Shown: positions 27,423-34,518 of the stretch, piece by piece
Layout of the letters: every line of letters begins with the position of its first letter
Numbering within the stretch: the stretch's first letter is position 1
Source of the DNA: a virus
Lineage: Duplodnaviria > Caudoviricetes
Reading direction: 5' to 3' (one strand)
DNA: 34,518 nucleotides
IMG/VR virus record: IMGVR_UViG_3300016466_000164
Span: 1-34,518 of that record
Translations under genes and position numbers: made by a program
Notes under the pieces: generated by a model
The model's input: only the letters and a program-made list of their open reading frames with translations
Told to the model about the DNA's origin: nothing
The model's database searches: none

Positions 27423-27516
27423 TTACGCTTGATCCATTTTTCTGGGTTCTTCTCGAACGCCGCCGCAAGTTTGTACAGGCCATGCAAGAGCGGCGTTGCC
27501 ATGTATCCAGCGAGTA
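27419..27516 (-). pseudogene. 3' remnant of a homolog of the 29002-29316 membrane protein gene
   Basis: Encodes LLAGYMATPLLHGLYKLAAAFEKNPEKWIKRK* versus VLAGYMATPILHGFYKLAGAFEKDPEKWIKRK*; an in-frame TAG lies a few codons upstream. Confidence 0.85.
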
Positions 27517-27624
27517 GCGGAAGCTGGATGCCCCATTGCTATTGCCTATTTGATCAAGTGGAACATGTTATAAAATGAACATGTCCCGGTTGATATGTTC
27601 AAAAAATGCCATTTTATGAACATA

Positions 27625-27648
27625 AGCGCCCCGGTTCGCCGGGGCGCT
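27625..27648 (-). terminator. Strong hairpin, probable terminator after the DUF2829 gene
   Basis: Perfect 10-bp stem AGCGCCCCGG-ttcg-CCGGGGCGCT, 11 nt past the stop; weak U tract. Confidence 0.65.
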
Positions 27649-27659
27649 ATCCCATTACA

Positions 27660-28169
27660 TCAAGCGACGATCTGCCAATCTTCCGCCAGAATGTCGGTTT
27701 GGCTGGCAAGCCAGCCCATCAGGATCTCACCTGTTGCCGTTTTCATGGTGATGCAGGGCAAAACAAGCGCGGTTCCGCCATTTTCCTTTGCGTATTGCGC
27801 ATTGTGCGGCGACCAGAAGCACTCCGCTTCCACATGCCTTGTGCCATTGCAAGAGAGGCTCAGCCACATACCCTTACCGTTCCATCCGGCGCGGGCCACT
27901 TTGTGACCGGCCTTCAACGCCTCAAGCGCATGACCAAACGTCAAGGCGGTGATTGGCTGATATGCATTCTCAAACTGCGCTTTGGGCAACCAGCTGACAT
28001 ATCCGGCAAAGCCTTCAACGTTCGGTTTCTCGCCGTCCAGATATTCCACCAGATAGCCCTCATCATCGCCGTTTTCGTCTGCTGGCAATTCCCATCCACG
28101 GAATATATTATATTCCGCGCGATTGATCGGCTTGGCTGCAATGCGTTTGGTTCCGTAAAATTCTTGCAT
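27660..28169 (-). CDS. DUF2829 (Tad2-like) domain protein with an extra N-terminal domain (169 aa; start re-called to 28169)
   Basis: 'LTFGHALEALKAGHKVARAGWNGKGMWL...MKTATGEILMGWLASQTDILAEDWQIV' is the DUF2829 signature; AAGGA RBS. Confidence 0.8.
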   Translation of the reverse strand: MQEFYGTKRIAAKPINRAEYNIFRGWELPADENGDDEGYLVEYLDGEKPNVEGFAGYVSWLPKAQFENAYQPITALTFGHALEALKAGHKVARAGWNGKGMWLSLSCNGTRHVEAECFWSPHNAQYAKENGGTALVLPCITMKTATGEILMGWLASQTDILAEDWQIVA

Positions 28170-28173
28170 TGTT

Positions 28174-28350
28174 TTAGTCCTTGTTTTTTGTTTCAGGCAG
28201 AAAAATGGAAGCGAAACCAGCAAGGCCGACGCCGACATAAGTCACGGCCTCCACAATTCCTGCCGGGAGAGCAACGCCAAGCCCGACAAGAAGCGCAGCA
28301 ATGCCGGAATAGGTGGACGGTTCGCGGAATCGTTTCAGAAGATAGCTCAT
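28174..28350 (-). CDS. Holin-like two-TM protein (58 aa; absent from the ORF track)
   Basis: Manual translation MSYLLKRFREPSTYSGIAALLVGLGVALPAGIVEAVTYVGVGLAGFASIFLPETKNKD*; AGGAGG RBS; ATGA overlap with the upstream stop. Confidence 0.8.
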   Translation of the reverse strand: MSYLLKRFREPSTYSGIAALLVGLGVALPAGIVEAVTYVGVGLAGFASIFLPETKNKD

Positions 28351-28568
28351 ATTTCCTCCTTGGTTTTAAAAACAAATCCAAACTGCTGGCGCGGGGTGTG
28401 CAGTTCGTCGCCGTTATGATCATATAAACCACTGAATGTGTCGCGTTCTATTTCATGTACAGTCACGCTTGGCGTATTATCATATGGTGCATATTGCCAA
28501 TGCTCCCGCGTCCACTCTGGTTGCGTAAGATGATATGCGGCGCGTGGCGGGCGAGATTCGTATTTCAT
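28347..28568 (-). CDS. Hypothetical protein (73 aa)
   Basis: ATGA-coupled at both ends; 'FSGLYDHNGDELH...FGF'. Confidence 0.6.
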   Translation of the reverse strand: MKYESRPPRAAYHLTQPEWTREHWQYAPYDNTPSVTVHEIERDTFSGLYDHNGDELHTPRQQFGFVFKTKEEI

Positions 28569-29005
28569 TCCGGCCACCTTCCATGCTCAAAAACAAATGC
28601 GTTGCGCTTGGCCCTATTGCCCACCTGACGGGCATAACGGCTATCCAAGCATTGTACCGCAGCTTCTTCCCACTGTCCACGATGCAAGGCCGCTAGCATC
28701 TTTTGGAAGCCTTTGAGGCGTTGGATGCCAAGATTAAAGCACATATCACACAACGCTTCTTGCCGTGCGTCTGACAAACCGCGCCATCAAGGTAAATGCC
28801 AATCAAGATCAGCAGCAGCATTACGGGCATCATTCAACAGAACGTGTTCAGCGTGATTCTTTGTCCACTTGATTCCTTCCACCACACTCGGCCCGGTATG
28901 GCCATAACCTATGGTCAGTTTGCCAGCGGTGCAGCGATATGGTGTCAGCCGCAATCCCTCATTCACTTTGAGGATATCGACAAGGTTCTGAATGTTCATT
29001 GTCAT
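28565..29005 (-). pseudogene. GH24/T4-type lysozyme (endolysin), 146 codons, interrupted by one in-frame TGA at 28787-28789
   Basis: 'EGLRLTPYRCTAGKLTIGYGH' and 'RQEALCDMCFNLG...MLAAL...AAVQCLDSRYARQVGNRA' are in one frame, separated by HLP-TGA-WRGL. Confidence 0.85.
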
Positions 29006-29316
29006 TTACGCTTGATCCATTTTTCTGGGTCCTTTTCAAATGCCCCCGCCAATTTATAAAATCCATGCAAGATCGGCGTTGCCATGTATCCGGCCAGTAC
29101 TGCCGCGCCCAGTTTCTGTTTTTCAGTCCAAGCCATGCCATCAAGCACCAAAACGGTTATGACGCCAATCAGAATGCTTCCGGCCATGTTAATGAACATT
29201 TTGCGAGCAGTCATTTCTTGAAATGGGACATGGTTTACACACGCCATAAAACCGGCAAACGCACATAACGCCGCCAGTGTTGCCCATTCTTCAATCCATT
29301 CTCTGAGATGCTTCAC
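29002..29316 (-). CDS. Membrane protein, holin-like (104 aa; GTG start)
   Basis: Three hydrophobic segments and a basic tail; directly upstream of and coupled to the lysozyme. Confidence 0.65.
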   Translation of the reverse strand: MKHLREWIEEWATLAALCAFAGFMACVNHVPFQEMTARKMFINMAGSILIGVITVLVLDGMAWTEKQKLGAAVLAGYMATPILHGFYKLAGAFEKDPEKWIKRK

Positions 29317-29714
29317 CCATACCGCCTGACGTACCGATGGAACGCAACTAAAACGCGACTTGTGCAATAATGCATATATGACCAAAGAAGGTTGTCATAT
29401 ATACCAATAATGTTCCATCCCGCCTTGATATACCAATCTGCCAACAGGCAGAGCATCATCAGGCATGAGATGTTGGACAATGACAATATCCACGCGGATT
29501 CCGCACTTTTCCATCGTCCCTGCCAATGCATGAACGTATCCACGCCAGTGTAAATGGCGCGGAGGTGGATCAGGGGCACAAGCAGGTTTAAAATCCACAA
29601 CGCCAGTAAATTGTTACCGGCAAGGTATCCGAACAGCGGCAACGTCAGCGCCATACTGTCCATCAGGATAGTGATCCTGACGGATAGCGGTTGTGTAGAT
29701 TGAATTGAGATCAT
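29313..29714 (-). CDS. Multi-TM membrane protein (133 aa)
   Basis: Several hydrophobic helices; ATGA/GTGA coupling at both ends. Confidence 0.6.
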   Translation of the reverse strand: MISIQSTQPLSVRITILMDSMALTLPLFGYLAGNNLLALWILNLLVPLIHLRAIYTGVDTFMHWQGRWKSAESAWILSLSNISCLMMLCLLADWYIKAGWNIIGIYDNLLWSYMHYCTSRVLVAFHRYVRRYG

Positions 29715-29956
29715 GCTGGATATTCTGGCACCGGGAACCATGCCACGTCGCATTCCACCCCGTCCTCATCCGGGGAAGGAAACACCCACCGCCCGTCTAA
29801 AATCTGCTGCGGGACGGACCAACGGACAGTCAGCACATCCGGCATAACCTCACCCGTTGCGGCGTTAATCCCCGGCGTGGCATAGCCCATGCCTGCGGAG
29901 ATAGCGGCCTCTGCTGCAATGGCTTCAGCTTCAGTGTCGAAGATACGGTATTTCAT
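29711..29956 (-). CDS. Hypothetical protein (81 aa)
   Basis: 'KYRIFDTEAEAIAAEA...TVRWSVPQQILDGRWVFP'; small partner gene after the LamG-like gene. Confidence 0.65.
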   Translation of the reverse strand: MKYRIFDTEAEAIAAEAAISAGMGYATPGINAATGEVMPDVLTVRWSVPQQILDGRWVFPSPDEDGVECDVAWFPVPEYPA

Positions 29957-29965
29957 GACTGCTTC

Positions 29966-30781
29966 TTACGCGGTTGGTGGAGTGTTTTTGAAAGGGTGGC
30001 CTGCGGGAAGATTGGCTTCGAGGCCCCATTTCCACGCGAGGTAGCCTTCGAGGCGCTGGCGGTCGGCGGTTTGCAGGTCCCTCGCAAAAATCACCTCTCC
30101 GAGTATTCCATCCCAGTTTTCGTCAAGAGATTGCAGACTCTGACCGATCAAGAGACCATCTGTTGTGTTTAGGTCAAAAGAGGCATTTTTTACCCCCACA
30201 GCCTGCCCATCCACGGTGAAAACCAATGAATTTGCGAGTAATTGAGAATTGATTATGTATGGCACACCAAAGGTACTGTTGAAAAGCGAGGAGCCGCTTC
30301 CGTTTTGATAAGTTCCAATGTTGGAAGATGACCCATCAAGGTAGATCGGTATCCACGATCCAGCGTTATTAAAATCATTCGCCTTACCCGACTCGCGCAA
30401 ACTTAGCAACCGAGCAAACGAATTAGAGGTTGACGCACGAGTTGCCACAACAAAAGCATCCCAACCTGTGCCAGTTAGCACCAAGTTAGGCACTGCCAAT
30501 TCGTCTTGCGTCAGCGTGATTACTGGCTTCCCGTTTAGACCGTTCACCGTGTAGGCTGGCTGAATCGCAGCAATGCCCTGCGAAGCGTGCCGCGCGTTGC
30601 CTGACTTGTCCCTCCACTGCGAAACCGTGCTGCCATTCAGCGTGATCGTGCTGGCATCAGCGGCATCAAGCCACAGGGCAAGGTTTGAAAATTGTGCTGG
30701 CGTCCAGTTTGGAGCAAAACGGCGCGACAGTGACTGCCCTCGCGGACACGTCAGTTGCCGCTGAAGGCTCAGAATGTTCAT
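29966..30781 (-). CDS. ConA/LamG-like beta-sandwich protein (271 aa)
   Basis: 'LALWLDAADASTI...VSQWRDKSGNARHA', 'WDGILGEVI', 'LEGYLAWKWG'. Confidence 0.7.
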   Translation of the reverse strand: MNILSLQRQLTCPRGQSLSRRFAPNWTPAQFSNLALWLDAADASTITLNGSTVSQWRDKSGNARHASQGIAAIQPAYTVNGLNGKPVITLTQDELAVPNLVLTGTGWDAFVVATRASTSNSFARLLSLRESGKANDFNNAGSWIPIYLDGSSSNIGTYQNGSGSSLFNSTFGVPYIINSQLLANSLVFTVDGQAVGVKNASFDLNTTDGLLIGQSLQSLDENWDGILGEVIFARDLQTADRQRLEGYLAWKWGLEANLPAGHPFKNTPPTA

Positions 30782-31158
30782 ACCACAATGGCCTCTGCCG
30801 TGACGGTGACTTGCGTGTTCGACGTGTCCACCCGGCGCACTTCGATGCTGTTGGCGTTCGTAATCCCCACCACCAGACGCGCACTGCCCGACGGGATCGG
30901 AATCGCACTGCCAGCACCACCGCGCCGATACTCAATCGTCGTGCCGGTATTGTTCACGATGTCCAGCGCCACACAGGCGGTTGAGCCAAAGGCCGTCCAG
31001 TTGGTGCCCGTGGCCGCAGTCGTCACGCTGACGATGCTGGCGCTGGCCGATGTCGGGACAGATGACCGCTGGTGGGGCGTATGAACCCCGCCCGTGTCCG
31101 TGGTGCGGATGGTCTCAGTGACGCCCGTGGCGTTTTTTACCGTGATATTGTCTGCCAT
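30778..31158 (-). CDS. Hypothetical beta-rich protein (126 aa)
   Basis: GAGGA RBS; coupled to the downstream gene. Confidence 0.65.
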   Translation of the reverse strand: MADNITVKNATGVTETIRTTDTGGVHTPHQRSSVPTSASASIVSVTTAATGTNWTAFGSTACVALDIVNNTGTTIEYRRGGAGSAIPIPSGSARLVVGITNANSIEVRRVDTSNTQVTVTAEAIVV

Positions 31159-31165
31159 GTTGTCC

Positions 31166-33568
31166 TCAGTACGTTAGAATGTGTCCGCTGTTTTCAGTGT
31201 ATTGGAAATCCCACTGCCCGCCGTCGCCGGTCAGAGTACCAGAAACAGGGGTCAACCCAACGGTAAACGGCTTCACCGGCACACCGGCGGCATCACCAAT
31301 CACGCTGGCATTGGTAAACACGGTGTTCGTTATTGCCGGATTCTGGATGTCGATATAATCCACCGCATCCGTGACCAAGAACGATCCAGACAGCCGAACG
31401 CGGTCTGTGCCGATAATGGTCGCCCCCGTGATTGTCTGGGGGGTGCCGCCACGCAAGACGCGGAATCCCGTAATGGTGTGAGGCGTTGTAAGGCCCTGCA
31501 ACGTGGTGCCGAAGTTCAGCGTGAACAGCACGTCGATGTCTGTCCCGCCGGAATTGATAGTCGCACCGACAACACCCGCCCCCGTCATCGGGTTTGTGTA
31601 AGTGCCCGGCAGGTAATAGTTCAGATACGCCTGTGCCTGCCGCTTGCCAAGACGGACATAGCCTGCCGCAGACGGGTGCAGCGCATCTCCATGCGCCAGA
31701 TCATACATCTCAAGCTCAAGCGCATTGGTGATGTTCGGAAGCGCCTGCGCTTGCCCATTCCGCACTTGCCGCCATCCTGCATCAACAGCAGAAGTCCCCG
31801 CCGTATTGGTGCCGAGCTTGGCAATCACCACTGGCAATGTCGCCGCCGTCCGGCCTGTCACATAGCTGCGAATCTGCGGGATAACCGCTTCCAGCGCCGC
31901 CTGATATGCCGCTGCGCTTGGCGGGCTGCTCGCGTTTGCATCGTTCGCGCCCTGAAGCCAGTAAATGACTTCATAATCGCTTTCGGTGTTGGCGATTGCT
32001 GCCTTCAGTTTTCCGTGTGTCACGGTGTCTGAATAGGTCGCCCAGTTGTTCGGCGCACCGCCGACAAGCTGAGAGCCTGTCTTTGCTCCGAACACCGCCA
32101 TGCACGGCACCCCGGCATAACGACGCACCCGGTCAACGGTGTGCATAACACCGCCGACGCTGTTGTTGATGGTGTCGTTCTGAATTGCGGAAATGTCCAC
32201 CGCCGTCCATCGGGATGGGTTCGCCGCCCGGTCTGCCGCGAATGTTCCACTTGCCGGGCTTGTGTGGCTGGACGCACACCGCCACAAGGTAAAATCCAGC
32301 CCATCACAGACGAGGGAGGTGTTGGCGGTATAGCTGGTGCTATTTTGCCAAGCATCCCGGAAATACAGGATGCTACTCTGCTGCCGATCCGGCGCAAATG
32401 TGCTTGACGGATAATCCGTGCTGGCCGTGTCCGCCCACGCTGATCCGGTAGCCTGCTGGTCGGCAATAGACTCCCCGGTAAACAACAGAACCGCACCAAC
32501 ACCCCACGGGAGCTGTGTCCGCTGGATGTTCGCCGTTGTCACAGTATCCCGCACTTCGAGCGCCAGTTGCCCACCTTGGGGAACGGTCAGGGTCACATTC
32601 CAAACCCCGGCAGAGGGTGTTGTGCAACGTGTCCACGCTGTTGCGCCTGCTCCCGTAGCATCAATGACCCGCGCTTCAATCCCGGCAGGAGAACCGTTAT
32701 ATGTGCCGCTGAACGTGATGCTGCGGGATGTGCCACCGCTGGCCCGCTGGAAGACATACCCATACACGGCATCAAGCTTGCCATTGAGGGTGCTGATAGC
32801 AAACGGCATCCCGGCCCATTTCGGCCCGCCACGGGACTGAGGCACACCGACACGGGTTGCCACATTGGCCCCGCTGCCGCTGTCATTGATGGTGGCACTG
32901 GCTGCATCGAGCCGGATATACATCGACGGCGAAAGCGTGGACGGATCAGCGCCAGCGGCAAGCGTCAGAAGACTGGCATCAGAAACCGTGCCGTCCACTT
33001 TAAACACATAACTGACATGCCCGGTGAAGAACCGGGTGCTATTGGCATCCTGACGGGAAGCAATCGCTGCAATGCCGCTTGGCGTAATGGCCGCCGGGGT
33101 TGTTATTGCCTGCGCCGTTCCGTTTGTAATCGCCCCGTCTTGCGGGATGGAAAACACCGCGTAGTTGGTTCCCGTCCGGCGCACCCCGATCAAAAACCAC
33201 CCGCTTGCATTGCTGGCCGTCAGCGTGGCCCCTGTGGCCGTCGTAGATGCTGCGCCGCTGGTTCTGACAATGGCCGTCACCACGCCATTCACCAGATACA
33301 ACTGGACGTTCTGCGTACCGCCTGTGTTTCCGTGGTTCCAGATGTATTGTGTGCCGGATGTTTTGGTAAATTTAATCAGCGCCGCGACACACCAATCGCC
33401 GTTAGGGTAATCAAGGTTTGCTGAATCCGCGACGGAATAATAGTCATCCACACCATCGAACCAGACAGACCCACGCGAGGCAACGGTAATCGAGCCGTTC
33501 GGCTGCGGTCTGGCAATGCCACCACGTCCGTAGCTGACTGCGCTCAGTTTGGTGGCGGCTAATCTCAC
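31166..33568 (-). CDS. LamG-like plus SGNH/sialate O-acetylesterase-like protein (800 aa; GTG start)
   Basis: N-terminal 'FDGVDDY...WCVAALIK...WFLIGVRR...FFTGHVS'; SGNH blocks GES, GSQL, WLQGAND, DALHP. Confidence 0.72.
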   Translation of the reverse strand: MRLAATKLSAVSYGRGGIARPQPNGSITVASRGSVWFDGVDDYYSVADSANLDYPNGDWCVAALIKFTKTSGTQYIWNHGNTGGTQNVQLYLVNGVVTAIVRTSGAASTTATGATLTASNASGWFLIGVRRTGTNYAVFSIPQDGAITNGTAQAITTPAAITPSGIAAIASRQDANSTRFFTGHVSYVFKVDGTVSDASLLTLAAGADPSTLSPSMYIRLDAASATINDSGSGANVATRVGVPQSRGGPKWAGMPFAISTLNGKLDAVYGYVFQRASGGTSRSITFSGTYNGSPAGIEARVIDATGAGATAWTRCTTPSAGVWNVTLTVPQGGQLALEVRDTVTTANIQRTQLPWGVGAVLLFTGESIADQQATGSAWADTASTDYPSSTFAPDRQQSSILYFRDAWQNSTSYTANTSLVCDGLDFTLWRCASSHTSPASGTFAADRAANPSRWTAVDISAIQNDTINNSVGGVMHTVDRVRRYAGVPCMAVFGAKTGSQLVGGAPNNWATYSDTVTHGKLKAAIANTESDYEVIYWLQGANDANASSPPSAAAYQAALEAVIPQIRSYVTGRTAATLPVVIAKLGTNTAGTSAVDAGWRQVRNGQAQALPNITNALELEMYDLAHGDALHPSAAGYVRLGKRQAQAYLNYYLPGTYTNPMTGAGVVGATINSGGTDIDVLFTLNFGTTLQGLTTPHTITGFRVLRGGTPQTITGATIIGTDRVRLSGSFLVTDAVDYIDIQNPAITNTVFTNASVIGDAAGVPVKPFTVGLTPVSGTLTGDGGQWDFQYTENSGHILTY

Positions 33569-33873
33569 AGCAGTTCTGTCAGTTCAAGAGTGCCGCTGGT
33601 AGCAGCATTGCGGATCACAGCAATATTCGGCGTTTTCGGCACAGCAATATCCAATCGCTCACCGTCAGCAATAAAATGACTGGTGGCGGAAGCCGTCTGT
33701 GCTGCGCTTCCAATAGCAAAACGAATGTCAGCGCCAACAGCGCGGATGCTGATCCGGCGACAAGCCTCAGTCAACACCGTGTTTGCGCTTGCAGCCCCAG
33801 CAGCAAGCTGCCGAGCAACGCCTGGTACACTCAAAGGCTCTACCGGCGAACGCATATTGCTCTGTGTGCTCAT
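33565..33873 (-). CDS. Hypothetical protein (102 aa)
   Basis: GAGG RBS; GTGA coupling to the downstream gene. Confidence 0.65.
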   Translation of the reverse strand: MSTQSNMRSPVEPLSVPGVARQLAAGAASANTVLTEACRRISIRAVGADIRFAIGSAAQTASATSHFIADGERLDIAVPKTPNIAVIRNAATSGTLELTELL

Positions 33874-33876
33874 GTC

Positions 33877-34125
33877 TTACCTCTTTTTCCCAGCGTTTTT
33901 GTTGCGCGGGAAGCTCCGATTCTGTGATTTTGATTGTACGCGCAGGTTTCCGGGTGAATTATCTGTGGGGTCGCCATTTTTATGGTCCACATCTCGTCCA
34001 TCACCGCGCTTCACCTTGCCAGCGGCCATCATTTTGCGCCGCGCCTCATTACGCTTATTGCGCTTTTTGATCTGTTCCGGCTTGGAATGGTAGTTGTCGT
34101 ACTCTGAACGATAATCGCGTGGCAT
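33877..34125 (-). CDS. Small HNH endonuclease-like protein (82 aa)
   Basis: 'RDYRSEY...RNEARR...GDGRDVDHKNGDPTDNSPGNLRVQSKSQNRS'. Confidence 0.8.
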   Translation of the reverse strand: MPRDYRSEYDNYHSKPEQIKKRNKRNEARRKMMAAGKVKRGDGRDVDHKNGDPTDNSPGNLRVQSKSQNRSFPRNKNAGKKR

Positions 34126-34157
34126 TTTCTGCTCGCATGAAGAAGGAAATCATATAG

Positions 34158-34185
34158 ATTATACCACATTTTAGACAAAATGCAA
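34158..34185 (-). promoter_or_regulatory. Sigma70-like promoter heading the leftward late region
   Basis: TTGCAT (34185-34180), 16 nt, TGgTATAAT (TATAAT at 34163-34158); inverted repeat catttt-agac-aaaatg at 34167-34182. Confidence 0.65.
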
Positions 34186-34518
34186 GCAAAATATTTGTTG
34201 TGGTCAGTATTTTTGGCCTGATTATTTTTTGGGGGTACAAAAAACAGAAAAATAGGCGAAAATGTCCCCTAGTGGGGGGGTCAAGGATGAGCAAAAATGT
34301 GCGGTGGTGGTCAGCGCATTTTTGTCGTGGTGTGGGAGGTTGGTATATCCATACACCGGGGGCACCCCGGCTGGCCCCCGCAGGGCGGGGTAGGCCCTTA
34401 CCGGCGCAGAAATTTCCGGCATCCGATGGGGGTAGCCCTCATTTTGACCCCCAAAGTGTGACATTCATCATACTGAAAAGGCTCAAAGTTTTATAATCCG
34501 TATTATGGAAAATAAAAA

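Noticed and set aside
27561-27621. Possible LexA/SOS box from the GAAC/GTTC motifs
   Set aside because: Spacing matches neither GAAC-N7-GAAC nor GAAC-N4-GTTC.
27606-28427. 273-aa + strand ORF
   Set aside because: Antisense to three credible - strand genes; no motifs.
31181-33424. 283-aa and 285-aa + strand ORFs opposite the 800-aa gene
   Set aside because: Arg-rich shadow ORFs in GC-rich sequence.
1-34518. Genome-wide TGA-to-Trp recoding
   Set aside because: Many genes end in TGA with ATGA-coupled neighbours and long genes are intact under code 11; only the lysozyme has an internal TGA.

Overview
A 34.5-kb segment of a tailed dsDNA podovirus-type phage genome; the gene set is most reminiscent of alphaproteobacterial podoviruses such as the HMO-2011 type, which is recalled rather than searched. 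The + strand (1-2994) carries a lytic transglycosylase, a perfect sigma70 promoter followed by a highly structured ~220-nt non-coding leader, ThyX and small ORFs. The - strand (2978-34125) is the late region. Reading from the right it holds a small HNH gene, LamG/SGNH accessory proteins, a lysis cassette, a DUF2829/Tad2-like gene, terminase subunits, portal, scaffold, major capsid, tail tubular proteins, tail fibre and large internal virion proteins. The main finding is a 319-aa intein in the terminase large subunit whose in-frame centre has no recognisable endonuclease; instead a separate 210-aa HNH/zinc-finger endonuclease gene with its own RBS and ATG is nested inside it in another reading frame. 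Other notable points: an endolysin split by a single in-frame TGA at a probable Trp position, a diverged duplicate of the 3' end of a holin-like gene bracketing the endolysin/Tad2-like block, a gene overlapping the portal C-terminus, and an unlisted 58-aa holin-like ORF. All functional calls rest on motif recognition; no database search was run.
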